A stretch of 64,000 nucleotides of DNA from Clostridiales bacterium (lineage in GTDB: Bacteria; Bacillota; Clostridia; Saccharofermentanales; Saccharofermentanaceae), in assembly GCA_017513085.1 (NCBI GenBank), contig JAFWDK010000027.1:128001-192000 (forward strand), read 5' to 3'. The notes under the pieces were generated by a model. That model did not search any database and had not been told where the DNA came from. It worked only from the letters and a program-made list of their open reading frames with translations. Positions 18,993 to 30,230 of this stretch are shown here, in pieces. The translations under genes were made by a program, and so were the position numbers. Numbering within the stretch: position 1 is the stretch's first letter; each line of letters opens with the position of its first letter.

Positions 18993-20051
18993 TCAACCAT
19001 TGCTGGCTTTCTTTCCGTCTTTTCCTTTGTCAGAGGTTAGCATTGTTTTGCTTTCGATGGGTTTATTATTCTCTACCCAGCTGACCGTGTCTTCCAAAGA
19101 GGCACGAAGATCTCTCGGATTGTAATGGAGCTCATTACTGGCACGCTCATTTGCATAAAGAGGTTCCGGCGAAGTAAATGGTCCGAATTTATTTTTCGGA
19201 TTCTCTTTTCGGGTGATCTTATAGTACAGTTGCGCGATTCCTTTTCCGCTCAGAAGCCAGTTCGGAACTGTCTTCGTCACTTCTTCTCTGCCCGTGATCT
19301 CATGCAGACTATGCAGGAAATCCTGGGTACTCATGTACGAGTTGGAAAGGATATAGCAGGTTCCCTTCGCACCACCGTGTTCCGCCGCTTCAAGAACGCC
19401 GGCTGCCACGTCACGTACATCTGTAAAATCGCCGCCACCCGGGATCGTAACTTTCAGATCTCCGGACAGGTAATCACGGATCAGACTGATGATATCCGAG
19501 TTACCGTACTCGTAAGGTCCCAAAACCAAGGACGGAAGCAGGATCACGGCATTCAAACCATTCAGTGAAACTTTATCCAGAATATACTGTGTCGCCTCGG
19601 CTTTTGATTTCGCATAGTCTCCGACTACACGGTTTCTGTCAAAGTACGTCACTTCTTTTACCGGTTCAGCTTTCTCTGTAAGCGGGATCGCTCTTGCGGA
19701 ACCGATATAGATCAGTTTGCCGATTTTTTTCTTCACGCAGGTGTCCGTGATATTCATGGTACCGTGCACATTCACACGACGCACCATAAGATCGGTCTTT
19801 TCCGAGATCACGTTTCTCTCCTGGGCGTGAATCAGGATCGCATTTCGAGGATCCTCAAGATCAAAGAAATCCTTCAAGGAATCTTTGACAAGAATGTCGC
19901 CATATGAAACTTCTACAGGAAGTCCCGCCAACGGCGTGGTATCCTCATCGGGTGTTACAAGAACACGTACTTTCTTCTGGTTATCCAAAAGCATCCTGAC
20001 TATGGTGTTGCCTATCTGACCTGTAGCGCCTGTTACTAGATACTGGGTCAT
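18993..20051 (-). CDS. NAD-dependent epimerase/dehydratase (dihydroflavonol-reductase-like SDR)
   Basis: VTGATGQIG, YAKSK, FTDVRDVA. Confidence 0.9.
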   Translation of the reverse strand: MTQYLVTGATGQIGNTIVRMLLDNQKKVRVLVTPDEDTTPLAGLPVEVSYGDILVKDSLKDFFDLEDPRNAILIHAQERNVISEKTDLMVRRVNVHGTMNITDTCVKKKIGKLIYIGSARAIPLTEKAEPVKEVTYFDRNRVVGDYAKSKAEATQYILDKVSLNGLNAVILLPSLVLGPYEYGNSDIISLIRDYLSGDLKVTIPGGGDFTDVRDVAAGVLEAAEHGGAKGTCYILSNSYMSTQDFLHSLHEITGREEVTKTVPNWLLSGKGIAQLYYKITRKENPKNKFGPFTSPEPLYANERASNELHYNPRDLRASLEDTVSWVENNKPIESKTMLTSDKGKDGKKASNG

Positions 20052-20261
20052 CCTCTTCGCCTCCCCTCTTGGGCTATCGGGATAGTTTCCTTATTCCCAT
20101 CAAAACCTCTTGTACTCATTATGGAGAACAAATTTGAACAATTTTTGCGAATCAAAAAAACAAGCGGGCAGTTTTACGAATAATCCATGTCCGTTTTGTT
20201 AACATCGCGGTTTTTATGTCGGAAAGCTTTGAGAAATAGGCTTTTTCCACGAAAAAAGCAC

Positions 20262-20957
20262 TTAGGTCACGATCGATTCTTCGATCCATGGCAGGATCTT
20301 TTCCAGACGTTTTTCATTAAAGAACGGCGCAGAAGACACCGCGCAGTTCAAGAGCAGCCACTGCGTCAACACATCCGGATGGACAGTAAGCGTCGCGGCA
20401 ATCGAGGGATAAAGAAGGCTTCGTCCCACCGGACGGCACTTCCCGCTCTGCTCATCCTCATCCGGATCGATCAGTACCGGAACCACACGGTAGAGTTCTT
20501 TTTCACTAACCGCTCTGGAATCCAGAAGGATATCTGCCAGAATGCATGCGCAATCTTCTGCGATGGTCGGATCCTTTCCGGCCGGTACTTTGGCAAACCT
20601 CGTATCATAGCGGTCCCACTCGATGTGTTCTTTTCCTTTATGAAGGATAACAAGGATCAGGTCATCCGCAATAGCCAGGAAATCCACGCAGGCCGTTCCG
20701 ACCTCGCTTCTCAGCGCCACATTGTAATAAAGCTGAAGCGGCAATTGTGACGCAAGTATCGACGAAGCCGTCTTCTGGTGCTTCTTCACTTCCTCGGCCA
20801 GCTCCGCCCAGGCAGACAAAAAGACCTTCTTCATCTCTTTCGGCGCGCTCTCCGACTTGTCCCGAAGCCGCAGGATCTCATCCATCCTTGCATCGAATGG
20901 TTTGATCCATGTCAGGTTTCGTTCCGCGGGAACTTGCGCCCGATGAAAAAGGTCCAT
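20262..20957 (-). CDS. Hypothetical protein with possible degenerate NERD-like fold
   Basis: ACVDFLAIADDLILVILHKG resembles the NERD QIDxxxx...xIExK motif. Confidence 0.5.
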   Translation of the reverse strand: MDLFHRAQVPAERNLTWIKPFDARMDEILRLRDKSESAPKEMKKVFLSAWAELAEEVKKHQKTASSILASQLPLQLYYNVALRSEVGTACVDFLAIADDLILVILHKGKEHIEWDRYDTRFAKVPAGKDPTIAEDCACILADILLDSRAVSEKELYRVVPVLIDPDEDEQSGKCRPVGRSLLYPSIAATLTVHPDVLTQWLLLNCAVSSAPFFNEKRLEKILPWIEESIVT

Positions 20958-20981
20958 ATTGTTTTACTCCTTTACGAGGAG

Positions 20982-22589
20982 TCAGCCGTTCAGTGATTCG
21001 TACTTTCTGACCCCGTAGTGAGTAATTATAGCATAAGCACCCACACTCAGTCCCAGAAGGAAGACGATTTCTCCCAAAACGATACCATAAGAGATCATGG
21101 CGGTATCTTTCAAGAACAGTGCTACGATGAGAAAAGCACCCGTGATCAGTCCGATCAGCATATTCACGATCATAGAGAGCGTAACGCCAAATCCACTCTT
21201 AATGACCTGCGCCTCATTCTTCCAGTCAAGCTTGGCAAAGACAAGACCAAAGATCATGCCTACCAGAGAAGCCGTAAGCTGGAACAGGAACGTAATCAGG
21301 AGAAGAAGAAGGATGTCCAGGATCCCGCATCCTACTCGGAGACTCATGGCAACCGCGCTCAAAACGGCAAACGGAGCAAATATCATAACACTGACCAGGA
21401 TCTTCGCATTCAGAATATCCTTTGTCGCGATCGGAAGAGTCTTGGAGATCCAGATACGCTTTCCTTCAACAGAAACAGACGGCGGAGTTGTTGTGGTGAT
21501 CGAGCCGAAGGCATTGATGATCAGAGCGAAAATACAAAGCCATGCAACACTCGGCAGGTCAAGCAAGATCTGTTTTCCGTCGACGGTGATATCTTTCATA
21601 AAAGACAGGCCATCCGGTCCTTTTACTACGAAAAAGCCTGCAATGAAAACCAGGAAGACCACACCGAAGATCGTATTCATAATGTAGTTGGCAGAAGAAA
21701 AATATCTGGAAAACTCCATCTTAAATACAGCCTTACGGACACTGGAAGAACGATAAACACGTGCCTTCTTGGAGTGATCGGCATGGAGCTGTACGGCTGT
21801 CAGAGACCGTGCATGAATATAAATAGCCAGTCCCAGAGGGATCAGTGTCATCGCCAGAGCCAGGATCACACAGATCATATCTCCCGAATAGATCGCATCA
21901 GTAAGCCAGAACAGTGGCGGGATCTTCTTCATGATCGAGACAGACTCAGCCGTGTTGACTTTCAAGCTTTCTGCATAGGATGTCATGTTCGGAACGACGA
22001 ACATATAAAGGAGCATCACAAGCAAAGAAATTATTGTGGAGAAGATCGAACCGAATTTGGTGACTCTCTTCAGGAAAGAGATCAGCGCACTAATGATCAA
22101 AGATATAAACAGCGGGATCGCCGGGATCAGAAGGGCAAACAACAGGCCACGGACAAGGACCATGACAGATCCTCCTCCCACCAAAACCACGATGAGCAGA
22201 GAAGGTACCAGAAGCACCAATGAACAGAGCACATCCAGGAGGTACATGCCCAAGAGTTTCGATACAACGATATGTGACTTCGGGATCGGCATGGCCAGAA
22301 GCATATCGGTATCCGACCCTTTGGCATCACGTGTCGAATTCGTTACACCAAACATCAGGGCAACGACTAACCCCATGCCGATGGAGATATAGATCGCGAA
22401 TTCACCAAGGCCTTTTTCGACCAGGATGAAAGCCGTGGAAGCGCCGATAATACCGAACATTCCGATGAGAAACAATCCCAGAATGATAAGTCCGACAGCA
22501 GCGGCAATTACGCTCGTCTTTCCTTTCTTGCGGAAAGAACCGACCAACTCAAGAAAATTGGTACGCAAAAGTATCCATAAAGTACGCAT
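20982..22589 (-). CDS. ABC-2 type exporter permease
   Basis: Many TMs, DMLLAMPIP, SVEGKRIWISKTLP, NAKI. Confidence 0.85.
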   Translation of the reverse strand: MRTLWILLRTNFLELVGSFRKKGKTSVIAAAVGLIILGLFLIGMFGIIGASTAFILVEKGLGEFAIYISIGMGLVVALMFGVTNSTRDAKGSDTDMLLAMPIPKSHIVVSKLLGMYLLDVLCSLVLLVPSLLIVVLVGGGSVMVLVRGLLFALLIPAIPLFISLIISALISFLKRVTKFGSIFSTIISLLVMLLYMFVVPNMTSYAESLKVNTAESVSIMKKIPPLFWLTDAIYSGDMICVILALAMTLIPLGLAIYIHARSLTAVQLHADHSKKARVYRSSSVRKAVFKMEFSRYFSSANYIMNTIFGVVFLVFIAGFFVVKGPDGLSFMKDITVDGKQILLDLPSVAWLCIFALIINAFGSITTTTPPSVSVEGKRIWISKTLPIATKDILNAKILVSVMIFAPFAVLSAVAMSLRVGCGILDILLLLLITFLFQLTASLVGMIFGLVFAKLDWKNEAQVIKSGFGVTLSMIVNMLIGLITGAFLIVALFLKDTAMISYGIVLGEIVFLLGLSVGAYAIITHYGVRKYESLNG

Positions 22590-22590
22590 A

Positions 22591-23307
22591 TCAGTTGGCC
22601 TCCTCGGTGATCTCCAGGAAGACTTCCTCGAGAGACGCATTTCCCTTCACTTCTTCCATGGTACCGGCAGCGATCAGACGTCCGTCTTTGATAATAGCGA
22701 TCTTGTCGCAGAGCTTCTCCGCCACTTCAAGGACATGTGTGGAAAAGAAGATAGCGGAGCCTTTATCACAAAATTCACGCATCATGCCTTTTACCGTAAA
22801 AGCAGCCTTCGGATCCAGACCGACGAACGGCTCATCCATGACCAGAAGTTTCGGTTCATGTAAAAAAGCGGCGATGATCGCCAGTTTCTGTTTCATACCA
22901 TGTGAATAGGAGGCAACCTGGTTATTCAGTACTGAAGAAATCTCCAATAGCTCGGCATATTTCTCCACGCGTTCTTTTCTGACACTCTTCGGGACCTTGA
23001 AAACATCGGCTACAAAGTTGATGAACTGCATTCCGGTAAGATTATCGTAAAGCTCCGGATTATCCGGAATATATGCTGTGACACTCTTGGCACGAAGCGG
23101 GTCCGCGGTAACCGAGATCCCGTCGATAGTGATCGAACCTTTCTCAAAATCATGGAGTCCGACGACAGCCTTGATGGTCGTTGTCTTTCCGGCTCCGTTG
23201 TGTCCGATGAATCCATAGATCTCACCGGGTTTAACTTCCAGTGAAAGATCCGCCACGCCGACCTTTCCTCCCGGATATGTTTTTGTAAGGTTCTCAATTT
23301 TCAACAT
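22591..23307 (-). CDS. ABC ATP-binding protein
   Basis: GHNGAGKTT, YSHGMKQK, DEPFVGLDP, STH. Confidence 0.93.
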   Translation of the reverse strand: MLKIENLTKTYPGGKVGVADLSLEVKPGEIYGFIGHNGAGKTTTIKAVVGLHDFEKGSITIDGISVTADPLRAKSVTAYIPDNPELYDNLTGMQFINFVADVFKVPKSVRKERVEKYAELLEISSVLNNQVASYSHGMKQKLAIIAAFLHEPKLLVMDEPFVGLDPKAAFTVKGMMREFCDKGSAIFFSTHVLEVAEKLCDKIAIIKDGRLIAAGTMEEVKGNASLEEVFLEITEEAN

Positions 23308-23615
23308 AGTTCGTTCCTCCTTGATCTCATGGTTGTCATTTTAGAGTTCTTTTGCCAACGAAACGCAAAGCAATTATTAAGAAATGTTAAAACCATGATC
23401 TCGGGCTCTATCATACCATATTCCCGTATTTTTTCCGTGTCATTCTGCTGTTCTTTTCGTTCTCGAAACGTTCTTCTTTTGCCAGTTGAAATTTTTGAAC
23501 AGATTGCACAAATAACCACTTGATTTCTATGTATCGATATGTGAAAATAGGAACAATGATTTTCATAATCCCATAATAGGGGATTATGGTTTTCGAAAGG
23601 GGTTCTTAGGGTATT

Positions 23616-23930
23616 ATGGCATCTGAACAAGTCAATCGGATCATTGAAGCAGAAAAGAAAGCTTCTGATATCGAAGCAGAAGGACGTACCAAGGCAGACG
23701 AGATCCTGGCACAAGCACAGAAAAAAGCCCAGAATGAGTATCAGGAAGCCCTTTCCGCAGCTAGAAAAAAAGTCTCCGATCTTTACGAGAAGCATAAGAC
23801 CGATGGTTCTGATGAAGAGCAGGCCAGTGATGAAGCAGCTGAGAAAGCTGCCGAAAAGCTTCGTGACGATGCGGAACCGAACCGTGAGGCAGCCATTACT
23901 GCTGCCATGAATATTCTGATGGGACGGTAA
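23616..23930 (+). CDS. ntpF: V/A-type ATPase subunit G/H (peripheral stalk)
   Basis: First gene of operon, charged coiled coil RIIEAEKKA...ILAQAQKKA. Confidence 0.75.
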   Translation: MASEQVNRIIEAEKKASDIEAEGRTKADEILAQAQKKAQNEYQEALSAARKKVSDLYEKHKTDGSDEEQASDEAAEKAAEKLRDDAEPNREAAITAAMNILMGR

Positions 23931-23936
23931 TCACGC

Positions 23937-26009
23937 ATGGCAATCCTTCCGATGAAACACATAGAGGTCATTGCCCTGCAGAAGGACGTGAAGAAGATCG
24001 TAGAGCTTCTCCAGCGTCTGGGGACCGTTGACGTTACCGAGCGTTATGAAGAAGACATCACCGACGACCTGGCGCTTTTTCCGTCGAAAACCAGTTTGAC
24101 GCAATTGGAGAAATCCTCCCAGACCGTGGATCATGCCATCTCTCTTGTTGAAGGTTATTCCACCGAGAAGAAGCCTTTCCTTTCCGGGTTTGCCGGACGC
24201 AAGGAAATGACATCCGAAGAATTCGATGCCCGGGTCGAGAAAATTGACGAGACCATGAAGATCGTCTATGATATCGAATCTCTGGATCGTAAGATCAATT
24301 CGGAAAAGACCGTCTCTACCCATACACTTCATCAGCTGGATGCGATCCTTCCTTGGGAAAAACTGGATATACCGATGCAGTACACCGGCTCGGCCAAGAC
24401 TACCTGTATCGTAGGAAATTTCCCGGATACATATACGGAAGCATCTTTTCATGATGCTTTTACTACACAATATGCCGCTATGAAGCAGAGCGAAGCTGTA
24501 CTGAACGGCCGCGAATTCGAGCCGGAGAATCTGGAGTTCCCGGAATTCTATACCGAGATCGTCTCCTCCGCTTCGGATCAGACCTGTGCCTGCTTTATTG
24601 TCCATAAGAAAGATTATCAGGACGTCATGAATACACTGCGCCGTATGTCTTTCACCTCTCCGGCTGATCCGACCAAGCATCCGCCGGAAGTCCGCATCGG
24701 ACGACTGAAGAAGCGTATGGAGGAAGCTACGGCCACGATCGCGGAATCGCGCGAGAAGCTTCGTCAATATGCAGGTAAGCTCGACGATCTGTATTTCCTC
24801 TCGGATTACCTGATCATGAGAAAAGAAAAATATGAAATGCTCGGAAGTCTTCTCTTCTCAAAGAAGACATTCATCCTGGACGGTTTTGTTGCCGCGGAAG
24901 ACTGTGATAAAGTCGTCAAGGCTCTCGAGTCCAGCTTCGATCTTTTCGTGGAGACAAGAGATCCTAAGGATGATGAAGAAGTTCCGGCCAAGTTTAAGAA
25001 CAATGCTTTTGTATCTCCGGTGGAAGATATCGTCGAGTCTTATAGCGCGCCAAGCAAGTTCGACATTGACCCGAATCCGGTCATGAGTTTCTTCTACTAC
25101 TTCTTCTTTGGCATGATGCTCTCCGATGCCGGTTACGGTATCCTGTTGTGCCTGGGTACTCTTTTTGTTCTGAAGAAAAGAAAACCTGAAGGCAACAATA
25201 AGAAGAATATGATGAAGTTCTTCTACTGCGGACTGGCCACCACCTTCTGGGGATTCATGTACGGCAGTTTCTTCGGCGATCTCGTCGGCGCCGTTTCAAG
25301 AGGTTTCTTCGATGGTTCCGTGGAGCTTCCGCCGATCTGGTTCGATCCGAGTAAGGATCCGATGAAGCTTCTGATATTGAGCTTCCTTCTGGGGTTCCTG
25401 CATATTTGCATCGGTCTCGGCGCCAACTTCTACAAACTGTGGAAGAACGGTGACAAGGTCGGAGCGATCTGTGATGTCGGTTTCTGGCATCTGACGTTTG
25501 CCGGAATCGCGATCCTCGTTTTCCCGATGGTTGCTCCGATGATGGCTCCGATCACGATCCCGGATTCGGTTCCTCTTTCTGACATAGGTAAATATGTAGC
25601 TCTGGCCGGCGTGGCCGGACTGGTCCTGACCGGCGGCAGAAAGGCCAAGGGCATCGTCGGAAAGATCATCGGCGGTGTCGGCACGATCTACGGCGTCACC
25701 GGATATTTCAGTGATCTTCTTTCCTATTCCCGTCTTATGGCTTTAGGCCTCGTTACGGGTATCATCGGCAGCGTAGCCAACATGATCGGCACACTCTTCG
25801 GATCAGGAATCGTGAAGCTTGCTATCTTCATTTTCGTATTCCTGTTCTTCCATGCGATTAATCTGGGCATCAGCGCACTTGGCGCCTATGTCCATGTTAA
25901 TAGACTTCAGTATGTAGAATTTTTCGCGAAGTTCTACGAAGGCGGCGGAACGATGTTCCACCCCTTTACTGGTAACACCAAACACTTCAAAATTAAGGAG
26001 GACAATTAA
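23937..26009 (+). CDS. ntpI: V/A-type ATPase subunit I
   Basis: FFGMMLSDAGYG, SDLLSYSRLMALGL, RLQYVEFF. Confidence 0.96.
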   Translation: MAILPMKHIEVIALQKDVKKIVELLQRLGTVDVTERYEEDITDDLALFPSKTSLTQLEKSSQTVDHAISLVEGYSTEKKPFLSGFAGRKEMTSEEFDARVEKIDETMKIVYDIESLDRKINSEKTVSTHTLHQLDAILPWEKLDIPMQYTGSAKTTCIVGNFPDTYTEASFHDAFTTQYAAMKQSEAVLNGREFEPENLEFPEFYTEIVSSASDQTCACFIVHKKDYQDVMNTLRRMSFTSPADPTKHPPEVRIGRLKKRMEEATATIAESREKLRQYAGKLDDLYFLSDYLIMRKEKYEMLGSLLFSKKTFILDGFVAAEDCDKVVKALESSFDLFVETRDPKDDEEVPAKFKNNAFVSPVEDIVESYSAPSKFDIDPNPVMSFFYYFFFGMMLSDAGYGILLCLGTLFVLKKRKPEGNNKKNMMKFFYCGLATTFWGFMYGSFFGDLVGAVSRGFFDGSVELPPIWFDPSKDPMKLLILSFLLGFLHICIGLGANFYKLWKNGDKVGAICDVGFWHLTFAGIAILVFPMVAPMMAPITIPDSVPLSDIGKYVALAGVAGLVLTGGRKAKGIVGKIIGGVGTIYGVTGYFSDLLSYSRLMALGLVTGIIGSVANMIGTLFGSGIVKLAIFIFVFLFFHAINLGISALGAYVHVNRLQYVEFFAKFYEGGGTMFHPFTGNTKHFKIKEDN

Positions 26010-26489
26010 ATGAACTGGGGTATGTTACTGGCATTATTAGGAGCAGGACTGGCAGTTACGACAAACTGTTTCGGCTCGTCCAAAGGTGTAGGAATGGTTG
26101 CGGAGGCTTCTTCTCCGGTCATTGCAGAGGATTCAAGCAAATTCAGTAAGCTTCTGATCCTCATGCTTCTTCCGGGTTCCCAGGGCCTTTATGGTCTGGT
26201 TATCGCAATCCTGACACTGACACAGATCGGTATCCTCGGCGGAACTCCGGTAACGACTTTCTCAAATGGTCTTCTGTACTTCATTTCCTGTCTGCCAATG
26301 GCGATCGGTGGTCTGGTTTCTGCTTTGTTCCAGGCTCGCGTTGCTTTGACAGGTGTTAACCTGATCTCCAAGAGACCTCAGGATTCCGGTAAAGCGGTTA
26401 CTTCCGCTTCTCTCGTTGAGCTCTACGCTCTTCTGAGCCTGGTTACTTCTCTCCTGATGGTCATGAACGTCAGCAGTCTCGGACTGTAA
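26010..26489 (+). CDS. ntpK: V/A-type ATPase proteolipid subunit K (four TM)
   Basis: GSSKGVG, LPGSQGLYG, LVELYALL. Confidence 0.95.
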   Translation: MNWGMLLALLGAGLAVTTNCFGSSKGVGMVAEASSPVIAEDSSKFSKLLILMLLPGSQGLYGLVIAILTLTQIGILGGTPVTTFSNGLLYFISCLPMAIGGLVSALFQARVALTGVNLISKRPQDSGKAVTSASLVELYALLSLVTSLLMVMNVSSLGL

Positions 26490-26504
26490 TATTAAGGAGA
26501 ACAT

Positions 26505-27095
26505 ATGGCAGGTATAGATTCCATTATCGACCGGATCTTAAAAGATGCGAGAGAAAGCGCGGATGCTCGTGTAGCCCGTGCGGAGAAAGATGCCGGAAAA
26601 CTGATCGAGAAGAAAAAGGCACAGGCGAAGGAAGAAGAAGCGCGTATGCTCAAGGAGGCCGAGGCGGTTATCGCTTCCCAGGCCAAGCAGCAGCGGGCGA
26701 CTCAGAATACCAAGTCACAGCGCCGTATCCTCACCGAGCGTGTCGCCATGATCGATGAGATCATCGGCGAGGCGAAAAAGCGGATCCGCAATCTCTCTTC
26801 CGAAGAGCGACTGGCTATGGTCAAGAGTTTTGTCCTTTCCAACAGCGAAGGGCAGGACGGCGAACTGATCCTGTCTTCTTCCGATAAGGCAGCTCTCCCG
26901 GGTTCTTTTCTCGGAGAACTATCCAAAGAGACAGGCTCGACGATCACGCTTTCTGATAGGACAGGGGATTTTGAGGCCGGATGTATCCTGATCTGTGGAG
27001 ATTATGAATACAACGGGACACTCGATGCCATTGTCGCTGATAAAGAAAACGAGATCCGCGACACGATCAACCAAGTGCTTTTTGCGAAGAAATAA
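26505..27095 (+). CDS. ntpE: V/A-type ATPase subunit E
   Basis: MAGIDSIIDRILKDA coiled coil, AGCIL, operon position. Confidence 0.9.
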   Translation: MAGIDSIIDRILKDARESADARVARAEKDAGKLIEKKKAQAKEEEARMLKEAEAVIASQAKQQRATQNTKSQRRILTERVAMIDEIIGEAKKRIRNLSSEERLAMVKSFVLSNSEGQDGELILSSSDKAALPGSFLGELSKETGSTITLSDRTGDFEAGCILICGDYEYNGTLDAIVADKENEIRDTINQVLFAKK

Positions 27096-27143
27096 GCAAA
27101 AGCCGATAAGACACTACATCGATACGAAAGGATAACGAAGGTC

Positions 27144-28130
27144 ATGGGACCAGGTGTTTCAAAATACGCATATGCCGTTTCCGGTGCGCATGTCTACGAA
27201 AAGTCGTTCTTTACCAAGAGCGATATGGACAAGCTTCTTACCGCGCCTTCTTATGACGCGGTGGTAAGCATGCTCGCGGACCGTGGCTGGCCGATGCCGG
27301 ACGACACCCGTGACAGCGGTAAGATCCTGGATAACGAGATGCAGCGGGCATGGGCATGGGTCAAGGAATCCGCGCCGGATCCGGATCTGTTCTCGGTCCT
27401 GATCCTGAAAAATGATTATCACAATCTGAAAGCCGGCATCAAGTGCCTGCTGAGTGATTTTGATGTGGACCTGCATTTCGTGACACCGAGCAATATCGAT
27501 CCGCAACTCATGAAGGAAGCTATCGAGACACATGATTTCGAGAAACTTCCCGAGCCGTTTGCATCTCTTGGCAAAGAGGTCTACGACCTGCTCGTCCGTA
27601 CGGGTGACGGTCAGTTAGCGGATATTCAGATCGACAGAAAGTGTCTGGACGAGATCTCCAAGGCGGCAAATGCCACCGGTATCGATCTTCTTAAAGAAGA
27701 GATGGAGATCTATACTGCTACAACGAATATCAAGACAGCCTTCCGCGCCATTAAGACCGGAAAAGATTCCGATTTCCTGGAGCGTGCGCTGTCTGACGGA
27801 TGCACCACGGTTTCTAAAGAGAAACTCGTTTCTTGTGCCGCATCCGAAAAGAAAATGGAGGATCTTCTTTCCTACCTGGATTCGACTTCCTACCGTTCGG
27901 GGACTAAATACTTGTCCTCTTCCCCGGCGGAATATGAAAAATGGGTAGACGATAAGATGATCTCTCTTCTTCTGCCGACCCGGCACAGCCCTCTCGGACC
28001 GGAACCGTTGATCGGTTTCTATCTGGGAAAAGAAGCCGAGGTCAGAAATGCAAGGATCATCATGGCCGCGAAGCAGAACGATCTGCCGCTGGACGTGGTT
28101 GCCAAGAGATTAAGGAGGCTGTATGAGTAA
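27144..28130 (+). CDS. ntpC: V/A-type ATPase subunit C
   Basis: DYHNLK, GPEPLIGFYLGKEAEVRNARII, RLRRLY. Confidence 0.92.
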   Translation: MGPGVSKYAYAVSGAHVYEKSFFTKSDMDKLLTAPSYDAVVSMLADRGWPMPDDTRDSGKILDNEMQRAWAWVKESAPDPDLFSVLILKNDYHNLKAGIKCLLSDFDVDLHFVTPSNIDPQLMKEAIETHDFEKLPEPFASLGKEVYDLLVRTGDGQLADIQIDRKCLDEISKAANATGIDLLKEEMEIYTATTNIKTAFRAIKTGKDSDFLERALSDGCTTVSKEKLVSCAASEKKMEDLLSYLDSTSYRSGTKYLSSSPAEYEKWVDDKMISLLLPTRHSPLGPEPLIGFYLGKEAEVRNARIIMAAKQNDLPLDVVAKRLRRLYE

Positions 28131-28440
28131 AATTGCCGCCATGGGCGATAGAGACAGTATATACGGCTTTGCTTCCATCGGACTGGATATCTTTCCTTTG
28201 GACCGTATCGATAATCCGGCGACCACACTTCACAATCTGGCGCAGGGCGAATATGCCGTGATCCTGATTACAGAGTCGTTGGCCAAAAAACTGGAAACAG
28301 AAATAGATAAATACAGCGATAAGCCGCTTCCCGTGATCCTGCCGATCCCGGGCGTGACCGGAAACGAGGGTATGGGTATGAAAGCCATTTCCAAGTCCGT
28401 GGAAAAAGCAGTCGGAAGCGATATTTTGAAAGAACAGTAA
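28123..28440 (+). CDS. ntpG: V/A-type ATPase subunit F
   Basis: [28 protein letters not shown]. Confidence 0.95.
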   Translation: MSKIAAMGDRDSIYGFASIGLDIFPLDRIDNPATTLHNLAQGEYAVILITESLAKKLETEIDKYSDKPLPVILPIPGVTGNEGMGMKAISKSVEKAVGSDILKEQ

Positions 28441-28454
28441 GCATTAAAGGAGCG

Positions 28455-30227
28455 ATGAAAATGAGTAAGGGATCGATCGTCAAGGTCTCCGGACCACTGG
28501 TAATTGCAGAAGGCATGCGTGATGCAAACCTTTTCGACGTTGTTCGTGTAAGTAACGAGCGTCTGATCGGCGAGATCATCGAAATGCACGGCGACCGTGC
28601 TTCCATCCAGGTCTACGAGGAAACCGCAGGTCTTAAAGCCGGCGAGCCGGTAGAATCTACAGGTTCTCCTCTTTCCGTAGAACTCGGGCCTGGTCTGATC
28701 GGTGGTATCTTCGATGGTATCCAGAGACCTCTGGAATCCATTATGGAGAAGATTGGAAATAACCTTTCACGTGGTATCGAAGTGCCTTCCCTTTCCCGCG
28801 ATTCCATCTGGAAATTCGAAGCAACCAAGAATGCCGGCGACAGTGTGATCGGTGGCGATACGATCGGTATCGTAAAGGAAACCGAGACCGTTAAGCACAA
28901 GATCCTGGTACCTCCGGGAGTAAGCGGAACCATCGTTTCCATTGCCAGTGGTGAATATAAACTTGAGGATCCGATCGGAAAACTCAGGACAGATAAGGGC
29001 GAAGAGATCCCGTTGATGCTCTATCAGCGTTGGCCGGTACGTAAAGGCCGTCCGTATGTCAAGAAGCATGCCCCGACCATGCCGCTTGTTACCGGACAGC
29101 GAGTCATCGACTGCATGTTCCCGATCGCCAAGGGCGGTGTAGCCGCTATCCCGGGGCCTTTCGGTTCCGGTAAGACCGTTACCCAGCACCAGCTGGCTAA
29201 GTGGGCGCAGGCCGATATCGTCGTCTACATCGGTTGTGGTGAGCGTGGTAACGAGATGACAGACGTTTTGAACGAATTCCCGGAACTCATCGACCCGTAC
29301 ACCGGAGAGAGCTTGATGAAGCGAACCGTACTCATCGCCAACACTTCGGATATGCCGGTTGCAGCTCGTGAGGCTTCCATTTATACAGGTATTACCATTG
29401 CCGAGTATTTCCGTGACATGGGTTACTCCGTAGCTCTCATGGCCGACTCCACTTCCCGTTGGGCAGAGGCGCTCCGTGAGATGTCCGGTCGTCTCGAGGA
29501 AATGCCTGGTGAAGAAGGTTACCCGGCTTACCTCGGTTCCCGACTGGCGCAGTTCTATGAGCGTGCCGGCCGTGTAACGACACTTGGTTCCGAAGGTCTG
29601 GAAGGTTCTCTTTCCGCTATCGGCGCCGTATCTCCTCCGGGTGGTGATATTTCCGAGCCGGTATCCCAGGCTACCCTTCGTATCGTTAAAGTATTCTGGG
29701 GCTTGGATGCAGGTCTTGCTTATAAGCGTCACTTCCCGGCCATCAACTGGCTGACCAGTTATTCGCTTTATACCGATTCTCTCGCAGGATGGTTCGATGA
29801 AAACGTCTCTCCTGAGTGGAACGCGAATCGTGCCCGCATGATGCTCATCCTGCAGGAAGAAGCGGAACTCGAGGAAATCGTAAAACTCGTTGGTATGGAC
29901 GCCCTCTCTTCTACTGACCGTCTGAAGATGGAAGTAGCAAGATCCATTCGTGAGGACTTCCTGCACCAGCTGGCTTTCCATGAAGTCGATACGCATACTT
30001 CATTGAAGAAGCAGGACTACATGATGAAACTGATCCTGGATTACTACGACAAAGCTACCGGCGCACTGGAAATGGGCGCAGGTATCGAAGCTCTGGTTGC
30101 CCTTCCTGTCCGTGAAAAGATCGGACGTTTCAAGTATATTGCCGAAGACGATGCGGAGAATGAATTCATCTCCATCGGCGCGCAGCTCGCTTTTGAACTT
30201 TCCGAGCTGTTTAGTGAGGAGGAATAA
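28455..30227 (+). CDS. ntpA: V/A-type ATPase catalytic subunit A
   Basis: [33 protein letters not shown]. Confidence 0.98.
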   Translation: MKMSKGSIVKVSGPLVIAEGMRDANLFDVVRVSNERLIGEIIEMHGDRASIQVYEETAGLKAGEPVESTGSPLSVELGPGLIGGIFDGIQRPLESIMEKIGNNLSRGIEVPSLSRDSIWKFEATKNAGDSVIGGDTIGIVKETETVKHKILVPPGVSGTIVSIASGEYKLEDPIGKLRTDKGEEIPLMLYQRWPVRKGRPYVKKHAPTMPLVTGQRVIDCMFPIAKGGVAAIPGPFGSGKTVTQHQLAKWAQADIVVYIGCGERGNEMTDVLNEFPELIDPYTGESLMKRTVLIANTSDMPVAAREASIYTGITIAEYFRDMGYSVALMADSTSRWAEALREMSGRLEEMPGEEGYPAYLGSRLAQFYERAGRVTTLGSEGLEGSLSAIGAVSPPGGDISEPVSQATLRIVKVFWGLDAGLAYKRHFPAINWLTSYSLYTDSLAGWFDENVSPEWNANRARMMLILQEEAELEEIVKLVGMDALSSTDRLKMEVARSIREDFLHQLAFHEVDTHTSLKKQDYMMKLILDYYDKATGALEMGAGIEALVALPVREKIGRFKYIAEDDAENEFISIGAQLAFELSELFSEEE

Positions 30228-30230
30228 GAC

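Noticed and set aside
20206-20226. GCGGTTTTTATGTCGGAAAG resembling the right end of the 78-bp palindrome
   Set aside because: Short, gapped match without the left arm or central hairpin; could be chance
28455-30227. Intein in ATPase subunit A
   Set aside because: Length is normal and the GCGERGNE insertion site is uninterrupted
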